Shown in pieces: positions 35,316 to 48,460 of a stretch of DNA of 64,000 bases. The stretch comes from Macrostomum lignano. Its lineage: Eukaryota. Both the position numbers and the translations under genes were made by a program. The stretch's first letter is position 1; each line of letters opens with the position of its first letter. Below the pieces are notes generated by a model that worked only from the letters and a program-made list of their open reading frames with translations, was not told the origin of the DNA and ran no database searches. The stretch is taken from positions 1 through 64,000 of the forward strand of contig NIVC01002164.1 of NCBI GenBank assembly GCA_002269645.1, read 5' to 3'.

Positions 35316-36713
35316 ATGAAGCACTGCCAAGCTGCCGTGGCGCCTGCAGCTCAAACTGCCGAGGACGCCAGGCGGAAGAAGAATCGAGAGGCGGCTCGGC
35401 TTTGCCGGCTGAAGAAGAAGCAGAGGCAGCAGCGGCTCAAAGAGGTACTCGGCTTTGTTTAGTTGCTATGGGGGAAGCTATTGCCTATTCGAATCCGTCT
35501 CTAGGTCTCTAGATTAATGTCGGTGTCTCTAGATGAATATCGCGTCTCCAAATGAATATCGGTGTCTCTAGATGAATATCGGTGTCTCTAGATGAAAATC
35601 GGTGTCTCTAGATTAATATCGGTGTCTCTAGATGAATATCGGTGTCTCTAGATGAATATCGGTGTCTCTAGATGAATATCGGTGTCTCTAGATGAATATC
35701 GGTGTCTCTAGATGAATATCGGTGTCTCTAGATGAAAATCGGTGTCTCTAGATGAAAATCGGTGTCTCTAGATGAATATCGGTGTCTCTAGATGAATATC
35801 GGTGTCTCTAGATGAATATCGGTGTCTCTAGATAGATTTCGGGGTCTCTAGATGAATATCGGTGTCTCTAGATGAATATCGGTGTCTCTAGATGAAAATC
35901 GGTGTCTCTAGATGAATATCGGTGTCTCTAGATGAATATCGGTGTCTCTAGATGGATATCGGTGTCTCTAGATGAACATCGGCGTCTCTAGATTAACATC
36001 GGCGTCTCTAGATTAATATCGGTGTCTCTAGATTAATATCGGTGTCTCTAGATGAATATCGGTGTCTCTAGATGAAAATCGGTGTCTCTAGATGAAAATC
36101 GGTGTCTCTAGATGAAAATCGGTGTCTCTAGATTAATATCGGTGTCTCTAGATAGATTTTGGGGTCTCTAGATGAATATCGGCGTCTCTAGATGAACATC
36201 GGTGTCTCTAGATAGATTTCGGGGTCTCTAGATGAATATCGGCGTCTCTAGATGAATATTGGTGTCTTTAGATGGATATCGGTGTCTCTAGATGAATATC
36301 TGCGTCTCTGGATGAATATCAGTGTCTCTGGATGAATATCGGTGTCTCTGGATAAATAACGGTGTCTAGATGAGTATCGGTTTCTCTAGATGAATATCTG
36401 TGTCTCTAGGTGAATATCGCTATATTCATATTCATATCGGTATCCTTATTGCCCTTAAGCACTCACACACGACTCAGCCCTGCTCCTTGCCCACTCGCAG
36501 GCTTTCCAGAGTCTGACTGAGAGAAACCGGCACTTGTCGACGATCGCAGAGAAACTCGGACGACTTTACGCGGCGAGCCTGGCGTACCATGCCAGCCAGA
36601 GCGCCTTCCTCGCCTACTTGAAGCGAAACCCGGGGCTGGTGCGCGACCCGGACACGCGCCCGCTGCTGCAGCACTTCATGGGCGGCCCTTTTCACAGACT
36701 GCTGGCTTGCTGA
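35316..36713 (+). CDS. Small bZIP protein (about 113 aa); exons 35316-35444, 36501-36713
   Basis: RRKKNREAARLCRLKKK basic region. The phase-0 GT-AG intron joins RLKE to AFQSLTERNRHLSTIAEKL, completing the Leu heptads. Confidence 0.8.
35503..36420. repeat. 20-bp minisatellite (GGTGTCTCTAGATGAATATC)n in the small bZIP intron
   Basis: About 45 tandem copies. Confidence 0.96.
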
Positions 36714-36989
36714 CTGCAAATCCACACAAACTGAATGTCTATGATTTTTCCTATACAGTGTACTTTACTGTAAGGCATGTCTTTTTACGTACATGTCTTT
36801 GTTTAGATCTTGTAAATTTTTCATACATACTAGATATTTGATACCTATTTTTTACATGAGGTGATGCTGTCGCCTATTTTACAGCTGGGTGAACTGAAGC
36901 AATGCAGAGTTGAGTGTCTTGGTCAAGGACACAAATTGTTCCGTCGAGTGGGTCGAGAATCGAACTCCCGACCTCGAGAATCGAGCGCA

Positions 36990-37625
36990 TGGCTGCGGGC
37001 CAAATTATTAAAGAGGAGAGGAGAAGAGAGAGAAAAAGAGGGGAGAGGAGTGGAGAGGGGAGAGAGGAGAAGAGAGCTGAGAAGAGACACGAACCCCGAG
37101 CGGGCAGGATTGCTGCTTTTGAAACTTCAGAGGACCCTCGGGCCGGATAGAGAGGCTTCGTGGGCCGCATGTGGCCTTCGGGCCGCAGTTTGCCGAGTCC
37201 TGCTCCAACCACTAGGCTTACAACCCTGGAACCCACAATTAAATCTTATTCGATCCCAGTCAGTGAATTTCCTGGGCGACAACAATTCCCCAGCTGCTCT
37301 CTGATTGGCCACGAACGTACAGCATTTGCAGCGCCAGCCCCATTTTTTCTTACCCCCCAGCCTTGGCTGATGGCGCGGCGCACGCTGATTGGCCAGCTGC
37401 GGCCTTGTCTATACATGCACATGTACTATGCTGTGTGCCTGACCCTGACAGCTAAGCCCAGATCATTGCTGCGGGCCAGATGAGAGAGGAAAGGAGAGGG
37501 TTTAGAGAGGGAAGAGGAAAGAGATGAGAGGGGAGAAGAAACGAGAGGAGAGAGCTGAGAAGAGACACAAACCTTGAGCGGGCCGGATTGCCATGGTGAA
37601 GTTTCAAAGGACCCGAGGGCCCTAC
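36990..37625. mobile_element. Degenerate hAT-type non-autonomous element fragments (two related copies)
   Basis: GGCCGCATGTGGCCTTCGGGCCGCAGTTTGCCGAGTCCTG resembles hAT MITE termini. Segments 37020-37145 and 37500-37622 are similar. Confidence 0.45.
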
Positions 37626-38268
37626 ACGCATATTTTCATATTATAATTTAAAGCGAGTCAAACACATTGATGAGGAAGTGCTCAGCGGTATCCAACTAAT
37701 TCAAATAGTGCTTTGATAGATGCCAAAAATATATTTATAATATTGCATATGAAATCAAGATTTGACAGATACATGTTATATATAGGATGCAAAGCTAAAA
37801 AGGTGAAAGTGAGTCACGTGACTGATTGGTTAGATTAAAACTCGCCAATTAGAGCTGTTCAAGGGGCAGTGCTGTTTTCTGTTGCAATTTCGAACAAAAG
37901 CTTTGTGTTAAAAAACTAGGAGACTAAAAAGCCAGGGGCTGGCGACTGAAGGGCGTGAAACTGTGAAGGACAACTCGATAATTTCGATCAGTAGCAGCGT
38001 ATAAAAGTCCATGCTGTCGAGTTTCGCTGAATCATATTGCCGTAATAATGATATTAACTATAGCTTACTAATATAGTTATTAAATATGCAAATGCCGCAG
38101 GCGCGCTAGTGAGACTGGCTTAGCAGGTAAAACACAGTGGGCGGATTGGAAACGACTTACGTCACCTGTCAGTCAAATCGACTCGGCAACTAATGTACTT
38201 TTAGCCAGCCAGGGTCAGTGCACTTTAGCAATGCAAAAGCAGCTGAAAAAAAACAAATCGAGCCCCCC

Positions 38269-41200
38269 TTAGCTCGCCGGCGGCCAGGCCCGCTGGAAAT
38301 TGTGCCGCTTTCCGCGAAACGCAGCGGCTTGAAACAGCTGGAACTGGCGGTCCTCCTTGTGCGCCGCCCCCCAGCTGCCGCCGCCTCCGCCCCCGGTGCC
38401 GCCGCCGAGAAGCAGCTGGCCCGAGGCTGCCCCGACGTCTCCCCCGCCGCCGCCTCCCTGGCAACCGTTGCCATAGACATCTTGCCGGTTGAGCGCGGCT
38501 GCGGCCTCGATGTCCGCGTCGGCCTGGCCGGTCAGGCGGTCGCGGAGACGCCGGCCGAGCAGCAGCGCCTGCGGCACCGCGTAGGCGATGTTCAGCGGGG
38601 CGGGCAGGCAGCCGGCCGGCGTCAGCGCCTCAGCTGCGGCCAGGCGGCACCGGCGCTGCCTGCCGACCGCCAGATCGCCGGCCTCGGCCAGGGTGACGCA
38701 GAATCTTGCTCCTAGAAGCCAGCAGAGCAGCAGCAGCAGGAACAGGCAGACGCCCACTAGAATAGAGTAGGCCGGAGAAGCAGCAGCGTAGGTCACAGCG
38801 ACCAGCAGGCTGACTAAGGGCGCGGCGCCGAAGGTGAATCCCGGCAGCAGGGACACCGCCATGGGCCAGCAGTCCCGCCGAAGCACCAGCAGGAGCTGCT
38901 GCACGGGCAGCCCGGCAAGCCGGCAGGGTCGCAGGGCGGCCAGCAGGCGGCAGGACCACAGCGCCGCGCTCAGGCACAGCAGAATCTTGGCAGCCAGCAG
39001 CACCCCGGAGCCCGGCACGCCGCTGGCCACCGCCCAGACGATCAGGCCGATGCCTGAGACAGCGCAGGCTGACACCGGCAACAGCAGCGCGGCGATGAGC
39101 GGCGGCAGCGGCGGCAGCGCGGAGCCGCCATCCCAGGCGGGACAGGCGATCTCCTGCACCAGCTGCAGCGGCAGCCAGATGGCCAGCACCGTCTCCAGGC
39201 CGGACCATCTGGCCGCGGTCTGGCCCGCCCCCACGGCCGCCTGCACCGTCAGCAGCAGCTGGAACAGCAGGAGGCTCAGCAGGCGGGCCGCGTGCTTCGT
39301 CCTCGGCGAGAACCGCGGCGGCCCGCCGGCCGGACTGCCGAAGCCCAGACAGCCGGCCGCGGCGTCTGGGCCGTCCGCCCAGCGCCGGTCGGCGTACTCT
39401 GCCAGCGCAGGCGCCGCCAGCAGCTCCGGGGCTGCGTCGGCGAGTGTCAGGGCGCCGGCGCCGCCTCCACCGCTGAAGAAGTGCCGGTGAACGCGCGCCT
39501 TCCAGTGCCCGTCGGCGCCGGAATAGACGGCGTCCAGGGCGTTCAGCGCCACCGTCACGGCCTCCCGACGGAGGCGCTCGCGGTTGCCGGCGCCGCTGTC
39601 CACGCTGGCGTCGTCCCCAGCCTGCTCGCCGCTCTTCAGCCAGCGCCCGGCCGAGGCGGCCAGGCCGGCCGGGGTGGCAGCTGGGCGCGGCCGGGGCTGC
39701 TCGAGCGGCCGCGCGGAGCCGCAGGCGGCGGCCACGGCAACGCAGGTCTCGACCAGGCGGGTCTGCTGCAGGCGCATCAGCTGGGAGGCGGCTGCCAGCC
39801 AGCCGGCCTTCACCAGCTCCAGCACGAAGCTCTGCTCGCAGTCGGCCGGACGCACCAGGCCGAGCCGCAGCAGCGCCGGCAGCAGCTTTGGCGACGAGGC
39901 CGACTGCGACAGCCGCACCAGCTGCCTCGCGGCGTCCGACCGCTCGCCGTCTGGCAGGTCGGACAGGCTTCGCACGATTCGCTTCACCGGTTCCTGTGCG
40001 ATGGCCACCGTCTCCAGGGCGGCCTGGCGATCCGGCAGGTCCGTCAGGCCCTGCAGCGGCGGGTCCAGCAGCTCCAGCACGCGGGCCAGCCCGCCTGGCA
40101 GCTCCGCTGGCCACAGCTCCGACAGCGCCTGCGGGTGCAGGTCGGCCAGCTCGGACAGGAAGGTGCGGCCGCGGCAGTCCACCGCGTACACCAGCTCGGC
40201 GAAGTCCTCTTCGGTGTCCAGGGCCTGCGGATTGAGGGCGTGTAGAAATGCGCTGATCTTTTCCTCTGATATCCTACTACCTCTCCTGACATCCTACTAC
40301 CTCTCCTGACATCCTGCTACCTCTCCTGACATCCTGCTACCTATCCTGACATCCTGCTACCTCTCCTGACATCCTGCTACCTCTCCTGACATCCTGCTAC
40401 ATCTCCTAACATCCTACTACCTCTCCTGACATCCTGCTACCTCTCCTGACATCCTGCTACCTCTTCTGACATCCTTCTACCTCTCCTGACATCCTGCTAC
40501 CTCTCCTGACATCATGCTACCTCTCCTGACATCCTGCTACCTCTCCTGACATCATGCTACCTCTCCTGACATCCTGCTACCTCTCCTGACATCCTGCTAC
40601 CTCTCCTGACACCCCGCAGCCTTTCCGACAGCAACAAGCAGCCATCGAATGCCGATGCAGCGCACTCACCTCCGCCTCCTGCTCTAAATTTTTTTCGGCT
40701 CGCCGCTTTTCATCAGCTTCATCCGCAGCTTCCTCAGCCTCATCAGGAGCTTCTTCCTCGGCGCCGGCGTCGCCCATCGCAGCTTCCGGCTGTTGCTGCT
40801 GATGATGATGCATTCGCAGCATCCGCAGCAGCCGAAGCATGGCCTCTACCCTTCCGCCTGCGGCAGCGTGGTGCAGCACCCGGCGACCATCGGGACCCGC
40901 TGAGCGGACCGCCCTGCGCCAGGCGGCGGGGTCGGCATCCCGCAGGCGCTGCAGCAGGCCGGAGCGGCCGCAGCGGGCGGCAGAGAACAGCGCGGGCTGC
41001 CAGCAGCGCTCGGCGAGGCGCGGTCGGGTCAGCAGCGACAGAACGGCGGCGTCGGCCTCGGTGTCAGCGCGTTCAACTTCCTCGGTCAGGGCGTCGTCGC
41101 CGAATTCGTCGCGACGGTCGAGCAGGCGTTCCAGCTCGGCGTCGGCCGCGCCAGCCGATAGGGCGGCCTCCAGCGGCGTCGGCGGCTCCGGCGGGGTTGC

Positions 41201-41724
41201 TCGACGTCGAGTTGACGAAGTCGGCTGCGAGGACTGCAGGTCGCTGGAGGGGCGGGGCGCCAAGATTGACATGAGGGCGCCAAGATTGACACGGGGGAGC
41301 CAAGATAGACACAGGGGCGCCAAGATTGACATGGGGGCGCCAAGATTGACATGAGGGGCGCCAAGATTGACATGATGGCGCCAAGATTGACATGAGGGGC
41401 ACCAGGATTGACATGTGGGGTGCCAAGATTGACATGTGGGGTGCCAATATTGATACGAGGGCGCCAATACTGATTGATATGAGGGCGCCAAGATTAATAT
41501 GAGGAGCGCCAAGATTGACATGAGGGCGCCAAGATTGACACGCGGCGCCAAGATTGATATGAGGGCGCCAATATTGACATGAGGGCGCCAAGACTGATAT
41601 GAGGGCGCCAAGATTGACATGAGGGCGCCAAGAGTGACATGAGGGCGCCAAGATTGACATTGGGTTGTCAATACAGGTAAGTCGTAAGCGTACGGAGCAG
41701 CAATATTCGCAGGAATTACCTCAT
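38269..41724 (-). CDS. Highly divergent ankyrin-repeat TRP-channel-like protein (about 844 aa); exons 41724-41720, 41243-40670, 40224-38269
   Basis: Ankyrin-like GRRVLHHAAAGGRVEAMLRLL; pre-S1 LLAAPALAEYADRRW; FSPRTKH; S2 ETVLAIW..VQEI; S4 RLL..L...LAG; post-S6 PAPLNIA. Splice phases 2 and 0 give a continuous frame. Confidence 0.7.
40265..40610. repeat. 20-bp minisatellite in TRP-like intron 2
   Basis: Unit CTACCTCTCCTGACATCCTG. Confidence 0.95.
41256..41660. repeat. 20-bp minisatellite (GGCGCCAAGATTGACATGAG)n in TRP-like intron 1
   Basis: Degenerate tandem copies. Confidence 0.92.
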
Positions 41725-42674
41725 GCTCGCTAGCCACAACAGAGAAGGCTGTCAAAGCAGCAAGTCAGCAGACCGCGTCGCACCTCTTCTTGCTTTCCTG
41801 GAATCCCCTTGGAAAATATGCTTTATTAGGGTTTTGTCCCGGGTTGCTGCCCAAAAAGCCAGAAGAAACGCGGGAAAGCAGGACTGATGGCAGTCCGGGT
41901 AGGCAGAGGCAGTTCTTTGCTTGAAGGCACAGGGCAAGCAAGCACAACTCTTTGAAGGATCAAAAGCAGTCAGCTAAAAAGATAGCCGAAGCCACCGCAT
42001 TATTCTATACATGAACGGTTTGTCTCCAAGCCCAACCCCGAGGGGAGAGAGGGGACGGACGGACAGCGGGGTGACAGGGGGGGGGGGCTGTTGAAATTGA
42101 AGCCCCAATGTACATTTGTCCTTCCTTCCTCTCTACCTACTCCCCTGTCTGGTCCTTTCGCTTGGGGTCTTTGCAGGTCCAGACGCTCACACTTCTCTCC
42201 CCCAGCTATGTACATTGCATATTACAGAACCCCAGACGAGAAAGGCTTTAGTCTCGCCAAGCCGGGTTAAACCCCTCCTTTAATGCCCAAGTGTAATCTG
42301 TCTGTCTTTCCACCGCCTCGCCAACAACCCGACTAGAAGCAAAGCATTAAGCTGAACACTTAAGGTTCGGGGCGGGGTTAAGTTAGTGTGGCACAGCATT
42401 GCATAAATAGAATAGCCTATTGGGCCACATTGGGCCAACAACTACCAGCAAAACCATCCGAAATCCAAGTCTTCTTTGCAGTTATTGCTTGGGGGAGTAC
42501 GGGCTGGAACTGCAATTTGTTGCGAACTTAAGCAAATTTTCTCTAAAATTATTTTGCCTGCTGACTAATTGAGCCGCTTATTAGCCTTTTATTTATAAGG
42601 CAAATGGGGTGGCGGGCAAGCCCACCTGCTTTTACATGTGTAACAGCGCCGAAATTGTAACTGAAGCCATGCCG

Positions 42675-45600
42675 GGGGCGCCAAGATTGAATCTAGGGGC
42701 GCAAAGGTTGAATCTAGGGGTGCCAAGGTTGAATCTAGGGGTGCCAAGGTTGATATGGGGTGCCAAGGTCGAATCTAAGGGCGACAAGGTTGATATCGGG
42801 GCGCCAAGGTTGATATCCGGGCGCCAAGGTTGATATCGGGGCGCTAAGGTTGATATCCGGGCGCCAAGGTTGATATCGGGGCGCCAAGGTTGATATCCTG
42901 GCGCCAAGGTTGAATCTAGGGGCGCCAAGGTCGAATCTAAGGGCGCCAAGGTTGATATCGGGGCGGCAAGGTTGATATCGGGGCGCCAAGGTTGATATCG
43001 GGGCGCCAAGGTTGAATCTAGGAGCGCCAAGGTCGAATCTAAGGGCGCCAAGGTTGATATCGGGGCGGCAAGGTTGATATCGGGGCGCCAAGGTTGAATC
43101 TAGGGGCGCCAAGGTCGAATCTAAGGGCGCCAAGGTTGATATCGGGGCGGCAAGGCTGATATCGGGGTGCCAAGGTTGAATCTAGGGGTGCCAAGGTTGA
43201 ATCTAGGGGCGCCAAGGTTGAATCTAGGGTGCCAAGGTTGAATCTAGGGGCGCCAAGGTTGAATCTAGGGTGCCAAGGTTGAATCTAGGGTGCCAAGGTT
43301 GAATCTAGGGGCGCCAAGGTTGAATCTAGGGTGCCAAGGTTGAATCTAGGGTGCCAAGGTTGAATCTAGGGTGCCAAGGTTGAATCTAGGGTGCCAAGGT
43401 TGAATCTAGGGTGCCAAGGTTGAATCTAGGGTGCCAAGGTTGAATCTAGGGGCACCAAGGTTGAATCTAGGGTGCCAAGGTTGAATCTAGGGGTGCCAAG
43501 GTTGAATCTAGGGTGCCAAGGTTGAATCTAGGGGCGCCAAGGTTGAATCTAGGGTGCCAAGGTCGAATCTAGGGGCACCAAGGTTGAATCTAGGGTGCCA
43601 AGGTTGAATCTAGGGGCGCCAAGGTTGAATCTAGGGGCGCCAAGGTTGAATCTAGGGGCACCAAGGTTGAATCTAGGGTGCCAAGGTTGAATCTAGGGGC
43701 GCCAAGGTTGAATCTAGGGTGCCAAGGTTGAATCTAGGGTGCCAAAGGTTGAATCTAGGGTGCCAAGGTTGAATCTAGGGTGCCAAGATTGAATCTAGGG
43801 TGCCAAGATTGAATCTAGGGTGCCAAGGTTGAATCTAGGGGCGCCAAGGTTGAATCTAGGGGCACCAAGGTTGAATCTAGGGTGCCAAGGTTGAATCTAG
43901 GGGCACCAAGGTTGAATCTAGGGTGCCAAGGTTGAATCTAGGGGCGCCAAGGTTGAATCTAGGGGCGCCAAGGTTGAATATAGGGTGCCAAGGTTGAATC
44001 TAGGGTGCCAAATGTTGAATCTAGGGTGCCAAGGTTGAATCTAGGGTGCCAAGGTTGAATCTAGGGGCACCAAGGTTGAATCTAGGGTGCCAAGGTTGAT
44101 ATCGGGGCGGCAAGGTTGATATCGGGGCGGCAAGGTTGATATCGGGGCGCCAAGGTTGATATCGGGGCGGCAAGGTTGATATCGGGGCGCCAAGGTTGAT
44201 ATCGGGGCGCCAAGGTTGAATCTAGGGGCGCCAAGGTTGAATCTAGGGGCGCCAAGGTCGAATCTAAGGGCGCCAAGGTTGATATCGGGGCGGCAAGGTT
44301 GATATCGGGGTGCCAAGGTTGAATCTAGGGGCGCCAAGGTCGAATCTAAGGGCGCCAAGGTTGATATCGGGGCGCCAAGGTTGATATCGGGGCGCCAAGG
44401 TTGAATCTAGGGTGCCAAGGCTGAATCTAGGGGCGCCAAGGTTGAATCTAGGGGCGCCAAGGTCGAATCTAGGGTGCCAAGGTTGAATCTAGGGGCGCCA
44501 AGGTTGAATCTAGGGGCGCCAAGGTTGAATATAGGGTGCCAAGGTTGAATCTAGGGGCGCCAAGGTTGAATCTAGGGTGCCAAGGTTGAATCTAGGGGTG
44601 CCAAGGTTGAATCTAGGGTGCCAAGGCTGAATCTAGGGGCGCCAAGGTTGAATCTAGGGGCGCCAAGGTCGAATCTAGGGTGCCAAGGTTGAATCTAGGG
44701 GCGCCAAGGTTGAATCTAGGGGCGCCAAGGTTGAATATAGGGTGCCAAGGTTGAATCTAGGGGCGCCAAGGTTGAATCTAGGGTGCCAAGGTTGAATCTA
44801 GGGGTGCCAAGGTTGAATCTAGGGTGCCAAGGTTGAATATAGGGTGCCAAGGTTGAATCTAGGGTGCCAAGGTTGAATCTAGGGTGCCAAGGCTGAATCT
44901 AGGGGCGCCAAGGTTGAATCTAGGGGCGCCAAGGTCGAATCTAGGGTGCCAAGGTTGAATCTAGGGGCGCCAAGGTTGAATCTAGGGGCGCCAAGGTTGA
45001 ATCTAGGGGTGCCAAGGTTGAATCTAGGGTGCCAAGGTTGAATCTAGGGTGCCAAGGTTGAATCTAGGGTGCCAAGGTTGAATCTAGGGGCGCCAAGGTT
45101 GAATCTAGGGTGCCAAGGTTGAATCTAGGGTGCCAAGGTTGAATCTAGGGGCGCCAAGGTTGAATCTAGGGTGCCAAGGTTGAATCTAGGGTGCCAAGGT
45201 TGAATCTAGGGGCGCCAAGGTTGAATATAGGGTGCCAAGGTTGAATCTAGGGGCGCCAAGGTTGAATCTAGGGTGCCAAGGTTGAATCTAGGGTGCCAAG
45301 GCTGAATCTAGGGGCGCCAAGGTTGAATCTAGGGGCGCCAAGGTCGAATCTAGGGTGCCAAGGTTGAATCTAGGGGCGCCAAGGTTGAATCTAGGGGCGC
45401 CAAGGTTGAATCTAGGGGTGCCAAGGTTGAATCTAGGGTGCCAAGGTTGAATCTAGGGTGCCAAGGTTGAATCTAGGGTGCCAAGGTTGAATCTAGGGGC
45501 GCCAAGGTTGAATCTAGGGTGCCAAGGTTGAATCTAGGGGTGCCAAGGTTGAATCTAGGGTGCCAAGGTTGAATCTAGGGTGCCAAGGTTGAATCTAGGG

Positions 45601-46205
45601 GCGCCAAGGTTGAATCTAGGGGTGCCAAGGTTGAATCTAGGGGCGCCAAGGTTGAATCTAGGGTGCCAAGGTTGAATCTAGGGGCGCCAAGGTTGAATCT
45701 AGGGGTGCCAAGGTTGAATCTAGGGTGCCAAGGTTGAATCTAGGGTGCCAAGGTTGAATCTAGGGTGCCAAGGTTGAATCTAGGGGCGCCAAGGTTGAAT
45801 CTAGGGTGCCAAGGTTGAATCTAGGGGCGCCAAGGTTGAATCTAGGGGCGCCAAGGTTGAATCTAGGGTGCCAAGGTTGAATCTAGGGGTGCCAAGGTTG
45901 AATCTAGGGTGCCAAGGTTGAATCTAGGGGCGCCAAGGTTGAATCTAGGGTGCCAAGGTTGAATCTAGGGGCGCCAAGGTTGAATCTAGGGGCGCCAAGG
46001 TTGAATCTAGGGTGCCAAGGTTGAATCTAGGGGTGCCAAGGTTGAATCTAGGGTGCCAAGGTTGAATCTAGGGGCGCCAAGGTTGAATCTAGGGTGCCAA
46101 GGTTGAATCTAGGGTGCCAAGGTTGAATCTAGGGGCGCCAAGGTTGAATCTAGGGGCGCCAAGGTTGAATCTAGGGTGCCAAGGTTGAATCTAGGGTGCC
46201 AAGGT
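42675..46205. repeat. 3.5-kb 20/21-bp satellite (GG(T/GC)GCCAAGGTTGAATCTAG; variant ...GTTGATATCGG)
   Basis: Direct tandem periodicity with blocks of variant units. Confidence 0.97.
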
Positions 46206-46867
46206 CGAATTGACAAGACCGATATTGGGATCGCCAAGGCTGACATCGGCGGCGCCAAGATCAAGGCTGGTATTGTGGGCGCCAAGGCTGATATCGGAGG
46301 TTAAAATCACACTAATTGCCGCTATTGCGCGGCTCATGTAGAATGAAATACAACTCGGAAATCTGCATAAGGAGAGAATTATTATGGCTCGCCATAAAAT
46401 TTGAGTTGGACTTGCAGTTGAGAATTCACCAGTGCTCTCGCCATCAGCATCCCCGATTTTTTTCCTCGCCTGCCCGACCCAATGCTTCATCATTTTATGA
46501 TGAATGGCTGGGGAGGGGGGAGATCGCGAAAGCAGATCTGGCAGCAGCTGCAGCAGTGCACGAGAAGCCAATTGCTGTCCTCTGTTGGGCTTTAGTCTGC
46601 TTTTTTCTCCAACAGCTCATCCATTATACAGGAGGGACCCAGGGCTTCACATATGGACTATTCGGCGGACTGAAGTCGCATGGGACGATCAAAGCGTACA
46701 GTGCGCCTTTTGTAGGGCCATTAATTGATTTGATTAGTTTTTTCAGCTGCTCGGTCTTGTGTGTTCTGATAGAATAATAAAAGCGCAGCGCTTGGTGAAG
46801 AGCAGCACAAGGCGAGCAGCTGGGAACAGCTGTTCCCAATGTCACCCCAGCTGATTGCTGAATCATG

Positions 46868-47230
46868 AACTGGGATCTGGGAGGGTGGCATAGCAGCAAC
46901 TGAGGGTCTGGAAGGGTGGCATAGCAACTGAGGATCTGGGAGGCTGACGGCGGCCCAGCAATTGAGGATTTGGGAGGCTGACGGCTGCCCAGCAACTGAG
47001 GATCTGGGAGGCTGGCCCAGCAACTGGGGATCTGGGAGGCTGGCCCAGCAACTGGGGATCTGGGAGGCTGGCCCAGCAACTGGGGATCTGGGAGGCTGGC
47101 CCAGCAACTGAGGATCTGGGAGGCTGGCCCAGCAACTGAGGATCTGGGAGGCTGACGGCGGCCCAGCAACTGGGGATCTGGGAGGCTGACGGCGGCCCAG
47201 CAACTGAGGATTTGGCAGGCTGACGGTGGC
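46868..47230. repeat. 28/34-bp tandem repeat
   Basis: Unit CCCAGCAACTGGGGATCTGGGAGGCTGG. Confidence 0.9.
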
Positions 47231-47744
47231 ACAGACAGTGGTGACCTTAACTGAACTAATCTTCAGCTCCCATACACAGCATTGCTTTCATAGTTCATAG
47301 TTAAGCCACGAACGCAGAAGGCGAATCTCCGAATGTCGAGCTTTGCTATTGAGCGGCCACTTGCAGCACTCAGTGGTGGCCGTAATTAATCGAATTCCGT
47401 CTTGGAAGCAGGCACGAGAGACAGGAGAGTTTTCTCAGTTGGAACGCGAGTGCACTGAAGAGCGGGCACAGAGAAGACAAGCAGTTTCCTCAGAGACCCA
47501 ATTAGTCTGCATGGCCTCTGCAGTTCAAGCGCGAATACTGATTGAATTGCAGCCCAGCTCTCCTCCCAACCTTTCTTATTCCGCTCAGCCACCGAGCTCC
47601 ATAAATGAGTGCGAAAGAGTAAGGAGAGTTGCTATGTAGCAGTGCCGTGAAGCTGAATAAAGTGCTGCTTGAAGCTTCACGTTAGGCGATGGATTAAAAA
47701 GTCTGTACAGAGCAATCACTTTGCAGCTGTGTAAATGGTGTACA

Positions 47745-48460
47745 TGTGTACAGTGTGCAAGATGTGCAGCGTGCAACAAGATGTGTACAGTATTGCAACC
47801 AGATGTGTACAGTGTGCAACTAGATGTGCACAGTATTGCAACCAGATGTGTACAGTGTGCAACTAGATGTGTACAGTGTGCAAGATGTGCAGTGTGCAAC
47901 AAGATGTGTACAGTATTGCAACCAGATGTGTACAGTGTGCAACTAGATGTGTACAGTATTGCAACTAAATGTGTACAGTGTGTAACAAGATGTGTACAGT
48001 ATTGCAACTAGATGTGTACAGTGTGTGACAAGATGTGTACAGTATTGCAACTAGATGTGTACAGTGTGCAACTAGATGTGTACAGTATTGCAACTAGATG
48101 TGTACAGTATTGCAAATAGATGTGTACAGTATTGCAACTAGATGTGTACAGTGTGCAACTAGATGTGTACAGTATTGCAACTAGATGTGTACAGTGTGCA
48201 ACTAGATGTGTACAGTGTGCAACTAGATGTGTACAGTGTGCAACTAGATGTGTACAGTGTGCAACTAGATGTGTACAGTATTGCAACTAGATGTGTACAG
48301 TGTGAAACTAGATGTGTACAGTGTGCAACTAGATGTGTACAGTATTGCAACTAGATGTGTACAGTGTGCAACTAGATGTGTACAGTGTGCAACTAGATGT
48401 GTACAGTGTGCAACTAGATGTGTACAGTGTGCAAATAGATGTGTACAGTGTGCAACAAGA
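47745..48460. repeat. 21/22-bp minisatellite
   Basis: Unit GATGTGTACAGTGTGCAACTA. Confidence 0.94.

Noticed and set aside
38218-40309. Long overlapping ORFs in other frames and on the + strand over the TRP-like gene
   Set aside because: Shadow ORFs of very GC-rich coding DNA with no recognisable domains. The same applies to those over ESCO, SLU7, Nudix, the Fos-like gene and the transposase.
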